A stretch of DNA of 64,000 nucleotides from positions 70,020 through 134,019 of the forward strand of contig JBIIQG010000001.1 in NCBI GenBank assembly GCA_044342185.1, read 5' to 3'. Position 1 is the first letter of the stretch. Every line of letters starts with the position of its first letter. Position numbers and translations under genes: made by a program. The notes under the pieces are model-generated. The model saw only the letters and a list, made by a program, of their open reading frames with translations, was not told the origin of the DNA and made no database searches. This stretch comes from Ilumatobacteraceae bacterium. Lineage in GTDB: Bacteria; Actinomycetota; Acidimicrobiia; Acidimicrobiales; Ilumatobacteraceae. Shown in pieces: positions 63,594 through 64,000 of this stretch.

Positions 63594-63758
63594 ATGACCC
63601 CAGAAGCACAAGCCGCACACGACCGTGCTGTCGCTGCTGGGTCAGATTTCTACACAGACCCACATACGGGGCTGATGGTGATGACTTCTCTGTATCTCAC
63701 TCGTCGCGGCTACTGCTGCAAGAACGAATGTAGACACTGCCCATACGGCGACGATTAG
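63594..63758 (+). CDS. DUF5522 Cys-rich small protein
   Basis: 54 aa from ATG 63594. YTDPHTGLMVMTSLYLTRRGYCCKNECRHCPYG matches the DUF5522 pattern. Confidence 0.7.
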   Translation: MTPEAQAAHDRAVAAGSDFYTDPHTGLMVMTSLYLTRRGYCCKNECRHCPYGDD

Positions 63759-64000
63759 GTAAGCGCTAGTCGTTCAAACTGTTCTGCAGGCGCATCAATC
63801 TCTGTTAATGCAACGCGCAACAGTTCTTCAGCATCTTTCGCAATGGAATCGTTAATGCGATTCACGGACTCTGCGGGGTCTTCGTAACGGTTGAACAACA
63901 ACGTTTCGTATTGTTTTGCACTTGCCCAGAACGGCAGCATGTCACCTTCAACAAATGGCTGACGAATAACAGGAATAGTGCTGCCCGGCATGTAGTCCAA
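63755..64000 (-). CDS. partial CDS (C-terminal end only; sulfatase-like tail?)
   Basis: The ORF runs off the right edge. LLFNRYEDPAESVNRIND resembles the LYDL..DP.E..N tail of sulfatases, but this is weak. Confidence 0.35.
   Translation of the reverse strand: MDYMPGSTIPVIRQPFVEGDMLPFWASAKQYETLLFNRYEDPAESVNRINDSIAKDAEELLRVALTEIDAPAEQFERLALT

Noticed and set aside
1-64000. CRISPR arrays, rRNA genes, IS elements, prophage genes
   Set aside because: No regularly spaced direct repeats, no rRNA-like non-coding stretches (the largest gaps are about 160 bp) and no transposase, integrase, capsid or terminase-like ORFs were seen in any frame.

Overview
Chromosomal segment that is almost entirely coding. 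About 75 genes are called, and the largest unassigned gaps are roughly 100-160 bp. Spot counts of 60-nt lines give about 47-57% GC in most places. Gene content and synteny point to an actinobacterium (Actinomycetota): an Ssd/TadZ-TadA-TadBC-Flp(DUF4244)-TadE pilus-like locus, a BldG-like STAS protein, an MMPL transporter, then topA (with a Lys/Ala tail)-tmk-holB-tRNA-Thr. DUF2786 plus an HExxH hydrolase and a Sco1-PCuAC pair fit the same picture. The left half (0-32 kb) is accessory metabolism: acyl-CoA dehydrogenase, P-type ATPase, amidohydrolase, a TetR-controlled flavin monooxygenase/VOC/FAH module, SDR, Gfo/Idh/MocA, kinase-like phosphotransferase, P450, serine hydrolase, O-acyltransferase, a copper-chaperone cluster with an ECF sigma/ZAS anti-sigma pair, an amino-acid ABC transporter, nitroreductase and a Cys-type sulfatase. 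No transposase, integrase, CRISPR array, rRNA or prophage was seen. The best candidate for something undescribed is a co-directional three-gene block at 32.3-35.7 kb. It holds a locally GC-rich orphan ORF, a 493-aa modular orphan (unknown N-domain, acidic/Pro linker, coiled coil, C-terminal domain ending in a RelE/ParE-like strand signature) and a membrane-anchored phosphodiester-glycosidase-like protein with a poly-Thr linker. Other points worth a second look: (1) a secreted protein built from a 318-nt tandem duplication, divergent from a two-component system, with a 22-nt-spaced direct repeat in the shared promoter; (2) two sub-60-aa zinc-ribbon genes absent from the ORF track; (3) a compact Tad-like locus with a fused TadB-TadC; (4) convergent gene pairs whose stop codons overlap or abut almost everywhere; (5) an APC permease with no canonical start codon. 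All functional calls come from motif recognition by eye in the translated ORFs. No database search was run.
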